From: Escherichia phage vB_EcoM_G2248
Reading direction: 5' to 3' (one strand)
Length of the DNA: 64,000 nt
Sequence record: MK327932.1
This document shows, in pieces, positions 30,064 to 39,272 of this stretch. The notes beneath the pieces were generated by a model. It was not told the DNA's origin. It worked only from the letters and a program-made list of their open reading frames with translations, and ran no database searches. Numbering within the stretch: position 1 is the first letter of the stretch; each line of letters starts with the position of its first letter. A program made the translations under genes and the position numbers.

Positions 30064-30222
30064 TTACTTAATGATACTTACTTTACCAGATCCGTGACAA
30101 TGAGCACAACACCCATCACCACGCAATCCTGTTCCGTTACAGTGTTTACACTTCTTCAACGGTAAAGCCATTATAGCAAATAAAGCAATAATGAATACCG
30201 AAACTAAATTCTCAATAATCAT
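30064..30222 (-). CDS. small membrane-anchored zinc-ribbon peptide (52 aa)
   Basis: untracked ORF MIIENLVSVFIIALFAIMALPL... then CKHCNGTGLRGDGCCAHCHGSGK; start overlaps nrdH stop. Confidence 0.3.
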   Translation of the reverse strand: MIIENLVSVFIIALFAIMALPLKKCKHCNGTGLRGDGCCAHCHGSGKVSIIK

Positions 30223-30481
30223 AAATCGCCCTCAGTTCTTTATAGCCTCCAATGTGCTCGTTGTCAATGAATATCTGGGGGTATACAAACCGGAGGCTCT
30301 TTGAGTTCAGCCTCCCCGCCAGTTCTTCAATCATATCACGGTCGGGAATAATGTCAACCCCGACCTGCTTGAATACTGGTTTAAGTGTATACGGAATACC
30401 CAGATCATCCAGTAGCTTCATTGCACCAATACAACCATAACAATGATAAGCCTCTTTCGGTATGCCGTATATCTCGATCAT
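30212..30481 (-). CDS. nrdH: glutaredoxin-like protein NrdH
   Basis: 89 aa; CYGC redox motif near N-terminus; position near nrdG/nrdD. Confidence 0.7.
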   Translation of the reverse strand: MIEIYGIPKEAYHCYGCIGAMKLLDDLGIPYTLKPVFKQVGVDIIPDRDMIEELAGRLNSKSLRFVYPQIFIDNEHIGGYKELRAIYDY

Positions 30482-30978
30482 TTCTCAGCCTTTAATCTTT
30501 CTAGTTCTTCTTCCAGTTCCTTGATCCGTTGGTCACGTTCAAAGTCACGCTGTAGCTTAGTGGCAAATACTCGCTTAAACTGATTGTAATCATCGATTTT
30601 AAACACTTCTTCTTCGCCATAGCGACGTACAGAAACTTCGTAGTTATTGAAGAATTGTTGCATCATTGCTTCGGATGATAGTTCTGCTGATACTACTTTA
30701 AAATATTGATCTTCTGTAGGCGAAAACCAATTACAAGCATAAAGATAAACCTTTTCATTGTCTGGACACTGGTAAGCCTTACCATCGATTTCAATCACAG
30801 AAACATATTCAGGTATAGTAGATGAATCAATAGCTAAGACTTTAAACGAACGGTCCCCGATAAACTCGGAGATCACACGATTCGCATCACTGGTTGCAAA
30901 TGCTTTACGCGCTTGTTCGTTTTTCCACTGATAGGTCATGCCAACAACAAACATATTACCATCCTCGCTCTTTACCAA
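30478..30978 (-). CDS. paralogous family member A (beta-rich domain + charged coiled-coil tail)
   Basis: 166 aa; shares domain pattern with ORFs at 30956, 31793, 32283, 36635, 37184, 38419 and 39000. Confidence 0.5.
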   Translation of the reverse strand: MVKSEDGNMFVVGMTYQWKNEQARKAFATSDANRVISEFIGDRSFKVLAIDSSTIPEYVSVIEIDGKAYQCPDNEKVYLYACNWFSPTEDQYFKVVSAELSSEAMMQQFFNNYEVSVRRYGEEEVFKIDDYNQFKRVFATKLQRDFERDQRIKELEEELERLKAEK

Positions 30979-31780
30979 TCAAAAATTCAACTTCACGACG
31001 TTTAATATCTTCTTGAAGGTCTTTAATCTTCTGGCGATCTTGCATGATTTCATCCATCTTGTCAAGTGCCGCAATGAAATCATCGAAACGTTCAAAGGTT
31101 TTACCTTCATTTGCTTCGCCAAATTTAACCATTGTCAGGCCGTAACGACTACTAAACAGACGTTTCAACTGTCCAACGATTTTAGAATCAGTGGTTATAA
31201 CTTCCAATTCTTCTACCTCTTGAAAGAATTTTCTATCAGAATCAATAAACCAGCTAGTTCCCTTATGGTCGCTATCTTCGGTTGCGCTCATTAGAGTATG
31301 GTCTTTACCATCAATTTCAATTACATTAACTTGCCCACATAGACTAACATTTTTAACAGTAAAAGGTCTATAATTTATTGCTCGTGCAATAACATAATTA
31401 AGGTTAGATACGTTTTCAGCATAATGACAGAAGTCGGTCATAGCATTCGCATCTTTCCAAGTATAAGTTTTACCAACTTCCCATTTCTGGGGAACTTCTT
31501 CAACTTCACGAAAGAATTTTCGATCGAATGGACTAAAGAAATATGTTGCAGTCCAAATGTCTTTTCCTGTAGCAGTTTTCGCCGTATGATAAACACCGTC
31601 TAGCTCTATTGCATTAATCCAACCGTTACCCTCGATCTCGATGATGGTAAATGGCTTGTCACCAATAGCTGCACTAATATCGCTGTTAAGTGGAGAAAGA
31701 ACACCTTCTCCGTTAGTAATAAACTCAGTTTTAGCGTTTTCATCTTTCCAGGTGTAAGTTTTACCAATTTCCCATTTCAT
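30956..31780 (-). CDS. paralogous family member B (two tandem copies of the domain)
   Basis: 274 aa; repeats MKWEIGKTYTWKDENAKTEF and KWEVGKTYTWKDANAMTDF, each ending RKFF(R/Q)EVEE. Confidence 0.5.
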   Translation of the reverse strand: MKWEIGKTYTWKDENAKTEFITNGEGVLSPLNSDISAAIGDKPFTIIEIEGNGWINAIELDGVYHTAKTATGKDIWTATYFFSPFDRKFFREVEEVPQKWEVGKTYTWKDANAMTDFCHYAENVSNLNYVIARAINYRPFTVKNVSLCGQVNVIEIDGKDHTLMSATEDSDHKGTSWFIDSDRKFFQEVEELEVITTDSKIVGQLKRLFSSRYGLTMVKFGEANEGKTFERFDDFIAALDKMDEIMQDRQKIKDLQEDIKRREVEFLIGKERGW

Positions 31781-31792
31781 AATATATTCCCC

Positions 31793-32293
31793 TTAACCGA
31801 TTTTATCAAGTTCGTTTAATGCTTTCTCAGCTTCCTGTATAGCTTGCACTCTTTCCGGCATTTTGTCAAGAAAATCTTTCAACTCTTCAAAACTGGAGAT
31901 ATGACGCAAGGCGTTAGCACCGATAGCCGCATGTGATTTGCATTCAAAGCGGATTTTATAATTATCCATAGCCAATTTTAGAAGGTCTATTAGATCATAT
32001 TCATGACCAGGCAATAAAACTTCTTTGAAGCACGCTCGGTCGCCATCGGAAAACCATATATTATCACCAACATCGATAGAACTAATATAATCCCCTTCGT
32101 GATTATAGATTGAACGTACATTACCCCAACGGTCTACCGTAGCGACAGTAAATGGTTTATCTAGATATGTAAACACACCATCAATATTAGGTTTTTGTTC
32201 GTAACGCCAACAATCACGCAAAATACGCTTTTCGTCCTCACCAACCAACTTATATGTCTTCCCTTCTTCCCATTTCATAATATCATCTCTCAT
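31793..32293 (-). CDS. paralogous family member C
   Basis: 166 aa; MKWEEGKTY... domain plus helical tail. Confidence 0.5.
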   Translation of the reverse strand: MRDDIMKWEEGKTYKLVGEDEKRILRDCWRYEQKPNIDGVFTYLDKPFTVATVDRWGNVRSIYNHEGDYISSIDVGDNIWFSDGDRACFKEVLLPGHEYDLIDLLKLAMDNYKIRFECKSHAAIGANALRHISSFEELKDFLDKMPERVQAIQEAEKALNELDKIG

Positions 32294-32819
32294 TTTTGAT
32301 ACGTGATTCTAATTGGATCATACGGTCTCGCGTTTGCTTGTATTCGCGGATAGCACCAATCCGGCTAGGCATACCATTTAGAACGCTCTTAATACCTTCT
32401 AGGGTAGTGATTTTGGCAATACTATGTTGTAGCCCCGTCTTATCGATCAACTGAATGTCGTAGGCTTCCATAAGCAGACCCAGACGTTCTAAAGTTAGGT
32501 CTTCTTCTTTTTCTTCCGATTCTGGAATCTTAGGTTCAATAGTAACTTCGGTAAAGAAACGACGCTCACCCGACCAAAACCACACACCGGAACAGCCAAT
32601 AGGGGATTCTTTTAACGTCATAGAGTCGAAATCACTACCAATAATAGTAATTTCTCTAACATCACCATCATCGTCAATGTCTTCTACCCTAAACGGGCGA
32701 CCAGCCAACAAGTCAACAATACATCTGTTAATAGACGACGAAAATTTAGTCAGTTCGGCTTTCGACGCTTCGCATTCAATCTTGTAAGTTTTACCAACTT
32801 CCCATTCCATAATAATCAC
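32283..32819 (-). CDS. paralogous family member D
   Basis: 178 aa; MEWEVGKTYK... domain, ERRFFTEV motif, helical tail. Confidence 0.5.
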   Translation of the reverse strand: MIIMEWEVGKTYKIECEASKAELTKFSSSINRCIVDLLAGRPFRVEDIDDDGDVREITIIGSDFDSMTLKESPIGCSGVWFWSGERRFFTEVTIEPKIPESEEKEEDLTLERLGLLMEAYDIQLIDKTGLQHSIAKITTLEGIKSVLNGMPSRIGAIREYKQTRDRMIQLESRIKNER

Positions 32820-32820
32820 C

Positions 32821-33330
32821 TCAAATAATTTTCACTGGAATACTATTAACAATCTTGTATTGTACTTGATTGTCGGACCCACGCCACGGTTTTTTCGTTG
32901 GCATGTCTTTAATATACCGACCATCGATGAACATGTCAACTGATTCTACAATTTTTCTTTGCTCATCATTCAATTGGTCAAGGGTATAACCGGACCATAG
33001 CCAAATATCTTTATTTGGCATCCATGATTTTACTTCATCGATGATCCGCTGTACACCCTTTAAATTGCGTTTATACAGTGGATCGCCACCTAAGAATGTT
33101 AGCCCCTGAATAAAATCAGGTCTAAGCAGATCCAGAATCAATCCCATTGTATCATCGGTGAATGGTTCCCCGTTCTTAGGATTGAGTATGCTAGCATTAA
33201 AGCAACCATCACATGCGTGTGAACATCCGGTAACGTAAAGGGAGACTCTCACTCCCTCACCGTTAACCATATCACAATCTTTAATATCGGCATAGCGTAG
33301 TTTGCCGTATGTATCAGAACTCATATTCAA
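32821..33330 (-). CDS. nrdG: anaerobic ribonucleotide reductase activating protein NrdG (radical SAM)
   Basis: 169 aa; CxxxCxxC cluster CSHACDGC; adjacent to nrdD. Confidence 0.85.
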   Translation of the reverse strand: MNMSSDTYGKLRYADIKDCDMVNGEGVRVSLYVTGCSHACDGCFNASILNPKNGEPFTDDTMGLILDLLRPDFIQGLTFLGGDPLYKRNLKGVQRIIDEVKSWMPNKDIWLWSGYTLDQLNDEQRKIVESVDMFIDGRYIKDMPTKKPWRGSDNQVQYKIVNSIPVKII

Positions 33331-33466
33331 TTACCCCGAACTCGTTTACAATCTGCGCTTTATAGTAACCACCGCGAGATGCCAATAGATAAGCTGGGCT
33401 TAGGTATTCGTATTCACGGATTTCTACTTGTGCGTTTTCAGTTTCCCAAATCAGTAAAGTCCACAT
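33314..33466 (-). CDS. hypothetical small protein (50 aa)
   Basis: track ORF 33314-33541 overlaps the promoter at 33509-33537; ATG at 33464-33466 follows GGAGAATCAAATATG. Confidence 0.3.
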   Translation of the reverse strand: MWTLLIWETENAQVEIREYEYLSPAYLLASRGGYYKAQIVNEFGVIEYEF

Positions 33467-33508
33467 ATTTGATTCTCCTGTAAGGTTGTATCTCGTCTTG
33501 ATGAATAT

Positions 33509-33537
33509 AGTATAGGGGATCTCGCGATCCCCGTCAA
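33509..33537 (-). promoter_or_regulatory. early promoter cassette with spacer palindrome
   Basis: TTGACG-GGGATCGCGAGATCCCC-TATACT. Confidence 0.5.
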
Positions 33538-33541
33538 GCAT

Positions 33542-34069
33542 TTATTTTAAATTTTTTCGAATGTATTCAGACCATTCCTTCCCTGTCATTTCGGACCCGT
33601 TCTGGAAACTGAAATATTCATACGGCATCGAGTCAAGATAAAACAGGATCATACATCGCGCCATATAATACCAATCACGATTAAAGTAAACTACGTTATC
33701 ACCAGTACCATCAGCACCTTTATCATAACCATCGCGGGTACGGGCGACCCATTGAATAGTATCATTTTTCTCACGGATAGTAACAGGTTCCCAATATCCA
33801 GCACATCCAGCATGACCACACGAACAAGTAAGGAAATATTGACCTTTTGCTTTGTTGTCATCCCATTCACGATGGATTGGTTCGATCTCGTGAAACAATG
33901 CCAAGCAATCATGATTATGCAACACTGGCTTACCATCAATCAATGCATGGAATGTATACAAACGACCAGTAGACAGATAGCTATCCTCACGCTCAACCAG
34001 TTCAATAGCAATCTTTTTAGCTCGTTCTTTGTGTCGTTGTGCTTTACGCTTACGGTTTAATGATTTCAT
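33542..34069 (-). CDS. hypothetical Cys/His-rich protein
   Basis: track start is TTG; first plausible ATG gives MKSLNRKRK...; CSCGHAGCAGY cluster. Confidence 0.45.
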   Translation of the reverse strand: MKSLNRKRKAQRHKERAKKIAIELVEREDSYLSTGRLYTFHALIDGKPVLHNHDCLALFHEIEPIHREWDDNKAKGQYFLTCSCGHAGCAGYWEPVTIREKNDTIQWVARTRDGYDKGADGTGDNVVYFNRDWYYMARCMILFYLDSMPYEYFSFQNGSEMTGKEWSEYIRKNLK

Positions 34070-34086
34070 ATTCACCCCACACATTA

Positions 34087-34626
34087 TCAAAGGTCGCGAT
34101 ATAGTACATTATGAAAATGAGAACTTGCATTACCAATATTGTAGATAATAAATTCTTCATCCGGCGCTTGCGCTACAAATTGAGTATGAGCAACCGCCAC
34201 AACCTTAAAAATACGATCCGTGATCTTGTGTTTAATTTCTGCCCCTACTTCCATAGGAACATATTCATTTGTTTCTGTTTCAGTCGCAAAACAGCCATCT
34301 TCTTCATAAGCACGAATAAATCGGTCGCAATCAGTACGCTTAACAAATTCAAGAGTATATAATTCTCGTGAATTGTCGGTATAGACCAATACAGAATTAT
34401 TATGATAGCGAATCACATACAGGTTATTATCATCGTCAATTACGCAAAAGCTACGGATTCCTTCGCCTTGACTCCAGCAGATATTAACCACCGTTCCTCT
34501 AATAAAAAAACTTTCCTTTAAATTAAAACTAGCCAATGTGCTAGCGTGCATTTTAACAACAACACCATCACCAATTTCCAGTTTACGAAGTTTAACTTCT
34601 TTGCTCAGTACACAAAACATCATCAT
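34087..34626 (-). CDS. hypothetical protein
   Basis: 179-aa ORF; triple ATG with GAGGA SD; promoter at 34656-34683. Confidence 0.5.
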   Translation of the reverse strand: MMMFCVLSKEVKLRKLEIGDGVVVKMHASTLASFNLKESFFIRGTVVNICWSQGEGIRSFCVIDDDNNLYVIRYHNNSVLVYTDNSRELYTLEFVKRTDCDRFIRAYEEDGCFATETETNEYVPMEVGAEIKHKITDRIFKVVAVAHTQFVAQAPDEEFIIYNIGNASSHFHNVLYRDL

Positions 34627-34655
34627 GTTGTCCTCTCGTTGTTTTCGATGTGAGC

Positions 34656-34683
34656 ATTATACATTAGCTAATCATGTTGTCAA
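34656..34683 (-). promoter_or_regulatory. early promoter
   Basis: TTGACA-N16-TATAAT then CATCGAAAAC leader. Confidence 0.5.
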
Positions 34684-34695
34684 CACCCCAAAACG

Positions 34696-34720
34696 AAAAA
34701 GCCGACCCTTTCGGATCGGC
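34696..34720 (-). terminator. rho-independent terminator after nrdD
   Basis: hairpin GCCGAUCC-GAAAG-GGUCGGC + U-run, 6 nt after nrdD stop. Confidence 0.6.
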
Positions 34721-34726
34721 TAAAAA

Positions 34727-36589
34727 TTACATGTGCTTAACGCGGTTTACCATCTCGGAGTGTTTCCCGTGGTTGAATGGACGCAGATCAACAGATCCAA
34801 GATATCCACTAACGCGACGGATAACATTCATCTTTTCCAGATTGTCATTGCCGCAATCAGGACAAACAAAACCAGACTCGGTCGCTCTCATTTCCTTAGT
34901 AGATCCGCATACATGACATACATCAGAAGGAGTATTAACACCGAAGTAGTGCAATTTATCCATTGCATAGTCTACTACAGTTTCAAGACCTTTCAGGTTG
35001 TTTTTCATGTCTGGGAACTCAACATAAGAGATCATGCCACCGGACGCCAGCCAGTGATAATCTTTCTCAAAGTCGATTTTCTCAAATGGAGTGACTTTCC
35101 GGTCTACGTCAAGGTGGAATGAGTTGGTGTACCAGTCTTTATCGGTAGCACCCTTAACAATACCAAATTGCTCTCGGTCCAGTCGATTAAATCGATAGCA
35201 AAGGCTCTCGGCTGGCGTACCGTAAAGACTAAACCCAAGTCCGGTTTCATCCTTCCATTTTTCAGTATAATGACGCAAGATCTTAAGAATATGTTTACCG
35301 TATCGCTGCGCATCTTCCGAATCAAACGGATGAACACCAAACAGGACGCTCAATACCTCATGTAAACCAATATATCCAAGAGAGATACTAGCGCGACCAT
35401 CTTTCAGAACTTCCAAAATTTCATCGTTTTGATGAATACGGAAAAATGCACCTTCTGTATACAGTACAGGAGCAACATTGGCTTTAGCCCCTTTTAAAGC
35501 GTCTACGCGACTCATGAGCGCATCAAAGCAAATAGGCATACGATTAGCTAGCTCTTGTTCGAATAGCTCAATTCTGCGCATTACAGACGCTTTACCAGCA
35601 CGACGCGCGGCAATAAGGGCAATACGCGGAAGATTTAGAGTCACAACACCTAAGTTATTACGTCCGTCTAATACTTCTTCGCCTTTCTCATTATGCCACA
35701 CACCCAGGAAGCTACGACAACCCATCGGGCTAACCGGAACACTAGATCCAGTGATACTACGGTTATTCTTCGCAGAGATATAATCAGGGTAAAGACGCTT
35801 ACTAGAACATTCCAATGCAAGTTGCTTAATGTCGTAGTTCGGATCTTCCGGTTTAAGGTTTAATCCTTCTTCTAAGAACATCACCAGCTTAGGAAACACC
35901 GGAGTTATACCGTCTTTACCTAAACCTTTAGTTCGAACTTTCAGGATCGCTTTCTGAATCAGTTTTTCTTCCCAGCTAGTACCCATACCAAAGGTTAAAG
36001 TCACAAAAGGCGTTTGACCGTTGGTGGAGAACAAAGTGTTGATTTCATATTCCAACGCTTGATACCCGTCTAGCGTTTCTTTTTCTGTCTTCTCTTGTGC
36101 ATAGAGAGTATCAGCTTTGATTCCGTAGGTTTCGGCATCAGCAAGGTGTTTATGATATGTTTTCTCAACGTATGGCGCTAAAACCTGATCGATGTTTGCA
36201 ATTGTGGTCCCGCCATATTGATGACTTGCCACCTGTGCGATAATTTGAGCGGTTACAGCACAAGCAACGCCGATCGATTTCGGACTTTCGATTTGTGCGC
36301 TACCCAATTTAAAACCATTCTCTAACATGTCTTTGAGATTAACAAGACAGCAGTTAGTAAACGGCATAGCGGGTGCATAATCCATATCATGATAATGAAT
36401 ATCACCATCTACATGCGCTTTATAGATGTGCTCAGGTAACACGGTTTTAGCAATCTGTTTAGACACAGCACCAGCAATCAGATCTCGACGTGTCGGGAAT
36501 GTTCGCGCGTCTTTGTTCGCGTTCTCTTTGCTTACTTCGTTTTCTTTACCCGTTGCGATCTCTGTAATGTCTTTGATTAGTTTTTCCAT
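34727..36589 (-). CDS. nrdD: anaerobic ribonucleoside-triphosphate reductase NrdD
   Basis: 620 aa, uninterrupted; C-terminal zinc ribbon CHVCG...CPDCG. Confidence 0.9.
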   Translation of the reverse strand: MEKLIKDITEIATGKENEVSKENANKDARTFPTRRDLIAGAVSKQIAKTVLPEHIYKAHVDGDIHYHDMDYAPAMPFTNCCLVNLKDMLENGFKLGSAQIESPKSIGVACAVTAQIIAQVASHQYGGTTIANIDQVLAPYVEKTYHKHLADAETYGIKADTLYAQEKTEKETLDGYQALEYEINTLFSTNGQTPFVTLTFGMGTSWEEKLIQKAILKVRTKGLGKDGITPVFPKLVMFLEEGLNLKPEDPNYDIKQLALECSSKRLYPDYISAKNNRSITGSSVPVSPMGCRSFLGVWHNEKGEEVLDGRNNLGVVTLNLPRIALIAARRAGKASVMRRIELFEQELANRMPICFDALMSRVDALKGAKANVAPVLYTEGAFFRIHQNDEILEVLKDGRASISLGYIGLHEVLSVLFGVHPFDSEDAQRYGKHILKILRHYTEKWKDETGLGFSLYGTPAESLCYRFNRLDREQFGIVKGATDKDWYTNSFHLDVDRKVTPFEKIDFEKDYHWLASGGMISYVEFPDMKNNLKGLETVVDYAMDKLHYFGVNTPSDVCHVCGSTKEMRATESGFVCPDCGNDNLEKMNVIRRVSGYLGSVDLRPFNHGKHSEMVNRVKHM

Positions 36590-36602
36590 TGTATCACCTA
36601 TG

Positions 36603-36624
36603 AAAAAGCGGGATTTTCTCCCGC
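36603..36624 (-). terminator. rho-independent terminator upstream of nrdD
   Basis: hairpin GCGGGA-GAAAA-UCCCGC + U5 between family member E and the nrdD RBS. Confidence 0.55.
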
Positions 36625-36634
36625 TCGTTGATAG

Positions 36635-37129
36635 TTATTTTACCAGTTCTGCTAATTCTTTTTCTTTAGCTTCTAGTTCAGCTTTAAGCTGTTTAATCTC
36701 TTGTCGCTTCTTATTAGCGGCTTCTTGCTTACTATTTCGGATAACCTGATCTAGATACAACTCCCAATCCTGAATATTTTTGATAATGTAACCGTCAACA
36801 TTAATTGGTCGGAGATTCAGTACAGCTTCCAGTTTAGTTGCAAAAACTTTAATTGCTGGTGTGAAGTATTCATATTCGTTATCTTCAAACCAATAACCTA
36901 GACTTGCATTCTCAATACGAAGATGAAGTTTAAGATCAAGGTCTTTATCATCGGTATATAGGTCTTTTACACACCCAATAGAATTAACAACAACTTTAAA
37001 ACGAATTTTATCTACACCACCAAACACATCTTCAAGAATATCAGCAATTGAGCTATTAGCGCAAGATTGGTCGCTGAATGCGTCAAGGTTTTCTTTAGTT
37101 ACAGTATACCAAACATCTTGTACCCACAT
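36635..37129 (-). CDS. paralogous family member E
   Basis: 164 aa; family-like N-terminal domain with K/E-rich coiled-coil tail. Confidence 0.45.
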   Translation of the reverse strand: MWVQDVWYTVTKENLDAFSDQSCANSSIADILEDVFGGVDKIRFKVVVNSIGCVKDLYTDDKDLDLKLHLRIENASLGYWFEDNEYEYFTPAIKVFATKLEAVLNLRPINVDGYIIKNIQDWELYLDQVIRNSKQEAANKKRQEIKQLKAELEAKEKELAELVK

Positions 37130-37159
37130 AATATAATCCTCTCGTTGTTAAGTGGGAGT

Positions 37160-37187
37160 ATTATAGCATACTCCCTTCGCATGTCAA
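37160..37187 (-). promoter_or_regulatory. early promoter cassette, stem-loop enclosing the -10
   Basis: TTGACA-N16-TATAAT with GGGAGTA...TACTCCC inverted repeat around the -10. Confidence 0.5.
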
Positions 37188-38362
37188 GCACTAACTTTTT
37201 TCTTTACTGCTTTCACCTTCTGGCGAATTGCTCGAATCTCTTCGATCTCTTTTTCAGTCTCTTTAACAATTTCTTTGCGATTCTGAATATCTGTATCTAG
37301 ATTATCATCAAGTTTAGGCAGCATGTCAATCAAGAACTTTTTAAAGTCTTTCAGGTTTCGGATAACAGCACCTTCACCCATTACCGCCACGCCTACACCA
37401 TCCGGCAGGTCGCCAAACAGTTTAACCAGTTCAGACAGATGATCATGATCTTCTAGTGCTTCTTCCGGTTCAGATGGCAGTTCCACAAAGTAATAACGTT
37501 CATCATTGCTGATCAGGTGATACCAGCAAAGCCCAAAAGATTTAGGAGTATATTCTACACCACCAACTTCAACTGCGTCAACACTTCCGAAAGAATCTAC
37601 TTTAGTTACCTTAAATCCATGTTCCAGCGTTTTAATAATTTCAATAACATGACTGGATACGGTTTCAGTATTAAACCAATGAGGCAAATTATGTGGATTT
37701 GGCTTGTATCGTTCGCCTACTTTAAATCTCTGACCACGCTCTTGCATACGGACATATTCAACTCGCGTGATTTCCGCGAAGTATTCAAATTCGCCACCGT
37801 CAAACACAGAAGCCCATTGATCACAAAAACGATCTGCCTTAACAGTTTCACCTTTCGCGGTGATCATGGTAGCTGATCCGTGCAATTCTTCTTCAACTAA
37901 AAAGCCATATTCGACAAAATCAACAAGTTTCATAGCTTCTTTGTGATCTGGATCATGCTCTCCCCAGAATCGCTTAAATTCTTGCAAACCTTCTGGGGTA
38001 AACGAATAACATTTACCTTTTTCAAAGTAAGTCGGCATTGCATCCTCTTTCTTGTTCATCGCTTCGTATGCCTCTTTTGAGATGCGTTTAAAGTATTTAC
38101 GCTCATTGTGCATAATCATAGTAGCCCAATAATCAACAATATCATTAGCGGAATAAACTACATCTCCAGCTTCAATAGTAATAACATGACCGTGGTCATC
38201 TTTTTCTAATACTTTAAAGCCCTTTTCTACGATTTCAGCAACACGAATATGACCACGGCGCGAAGCATCGGTCAGAATAATTGAATAGCGAGAAAAGTCT
38301 AGAAACTCATCTTTACCGCCTTCACGGAATGCATAGCAATGACCTTCAAAGAATTTAGCCAT
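37184..38362 (-). CDS. paralogous family member F (three domain copies)
   Basis: 392 aa; repeated ERKYFKRI / FEYFAEI / ERYYFVEL motif blocks; K/E-rich tail. Confidence 0.5.
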   Translation of the reverse strand: MAKFFEGHCYAFREGGKDEFLDFSRYSIILTDASRRGHIRVAEIVEKGFKVLEKDDHGHVITIEAGDVVYSANDIVDYWATMIMHNERKYFKRISKEAYEAMNKKEDAMPTYFEKGKCYSFTPEGLQEFKRFWGEHDPDHKEAMKLVDFVEYGFLVEEELHGSATMITAKGETVKADRFCDQWASVFDGGEFEYFAEITRVEYVRMQERGQRFKVGERYKPNPHNLPHWFNTETVSSHVIEIIKTLEHGFKVTKVDSFGSVDAVEVGGVEYTPKSFGLCWYHLISNDERYYFVELPSEPEEALEDHDHLSELVKLFGDLPDGVGVAVMGEGAVIRNLKDFKKFLIDMLPKLDDNLDTDIQNRKEIVKETEKEIEEIRAIRQKVKAVKKKVSA

Positions 38363-38393
38363 AATATAATCCTCTCGTTGTTTAGATGGGAGT

Positions 38394-38422
38394 ATCTTAC
38401 TACTCCCGTTTCATCATGTCAA
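38394..38422 (-). promoter_or_regulatory. early promoter cassette, stem-loop enclosing the -10
   Basis: TTGACA-N17-TAAGAT within GGGAGTAGTAAGATACTCCC. Confidence 0.5.
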
Positions 38423-38985
38423 GCGTTAAATGACTTTTGGATCTCTTTCAGTTCAGCTACTTTATCGGCGCTATATTTTGCTTGATGTTCCATGCGCTTA
38501 AGCTCACCTTTGATATAGGTTTCTAGCTTAGGTTTATTCTCAATCAGAAAATCTTTCAGGTCATCGGCATTTTTAAAGTATAGCTGATTATCAAAGCTAA
38601 AATCTTCCAGCGTCAATGATACCAAAGAAGACTTCGCAAACAAGTTAATCAGATCTTCCAGAGATTCTTCTTTCTTAATTGGTTTCATTTCTTCAAACTG
38701 CTTTTTAGTGATGCGTTTAAAGTATTTTCGCTCGTTTGCAGCAATCAGAACAGATGCACCTTCATACTCATGAGTTTCTACCAGATACACACGCCCCATC
38801 GCATCAACAGTGAGAACTTTAAAGCCGTTACAAAGCACGTCATACAAGAACTTATTATGTTGCGGACATCGTTTGATAAATTCTGCGACTGTTTCTGCAC
38901 TACGGAAAGTATAGTAACGACCTCGTTCAAAAACAGCGTCATTGGGTGACTTAACCGAATATACTTTGTATGTTTTCTGTACCAT
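38419..38985 (-). CDS. paralogous family member G
   Basis: start at internal ATG with GAGGATTATATT SD (MVQKTYKVY...); ERKYFKRI motif. Confidence 0.5.
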   Translation of the reverse strand: MVQKTYKVYSVKSPNDAVFERGRYYTFRSAETVAEFIKRCPQHNKFLYDVLCNGFKVLTVDAMGRVYLVETHEYEGASVLIAANERKYFKRITKKQFEEMKPIKKEESLEDLINLFAKSSLVSLTLEDFSFDNQLYFKNADDLKDFLIENKPKLETYIKGELKRMEHQAKYSADKVAELKEIQKSFNA

Positions 38986-38999
38986 AATATAATCCTCTA

Positions 39000-39272
39000 T
39001 CATTTCACTAATTGAACAGCACGGAACAGAATGCGGTCACACGGAAGCAGCATAAATTCCCAACGCGGATCAAAGTCTTTAGCGGTATATGTTTTCCCAT
39101 CAACCGAGATTTCACTTACATAACCAATAGGTGACACTTTAAGAACAGTAAATCCATTCTTGATGACTTCGTAGGTATCTTTCAATCCTTCGTAGTCATC
39201 CTCTAGGAAGTCTTTACGTGCTTGCTCAGATTTAAAAACATAGGCCACACCGGATTTAAACATCTTACGCAT
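39000..39272 (-). CDS. paralogous family member H (single domain, no tail)
   Basis: 90 aa; GFTVLKVSPIGYVSEISVDGKTY resembles the family core. Confidence 0.45.
   Translation of the reverse strand: MRKMFKSGVAYVFKSEQARKDFLEDDYEGLKDTYEVIKNGFTVLKVSPIGYVSEISVDGKTYTAKDFDPRWEFMLLPCDRILFRAVQLVK

Noticed and set aside
34727-36589. Group I intron or homing endonuclease inside nrdD, as in T4
   Set aside because: nrdD is one continuous 620-aa frame with conserved C-terminal motifs; no interruption visible
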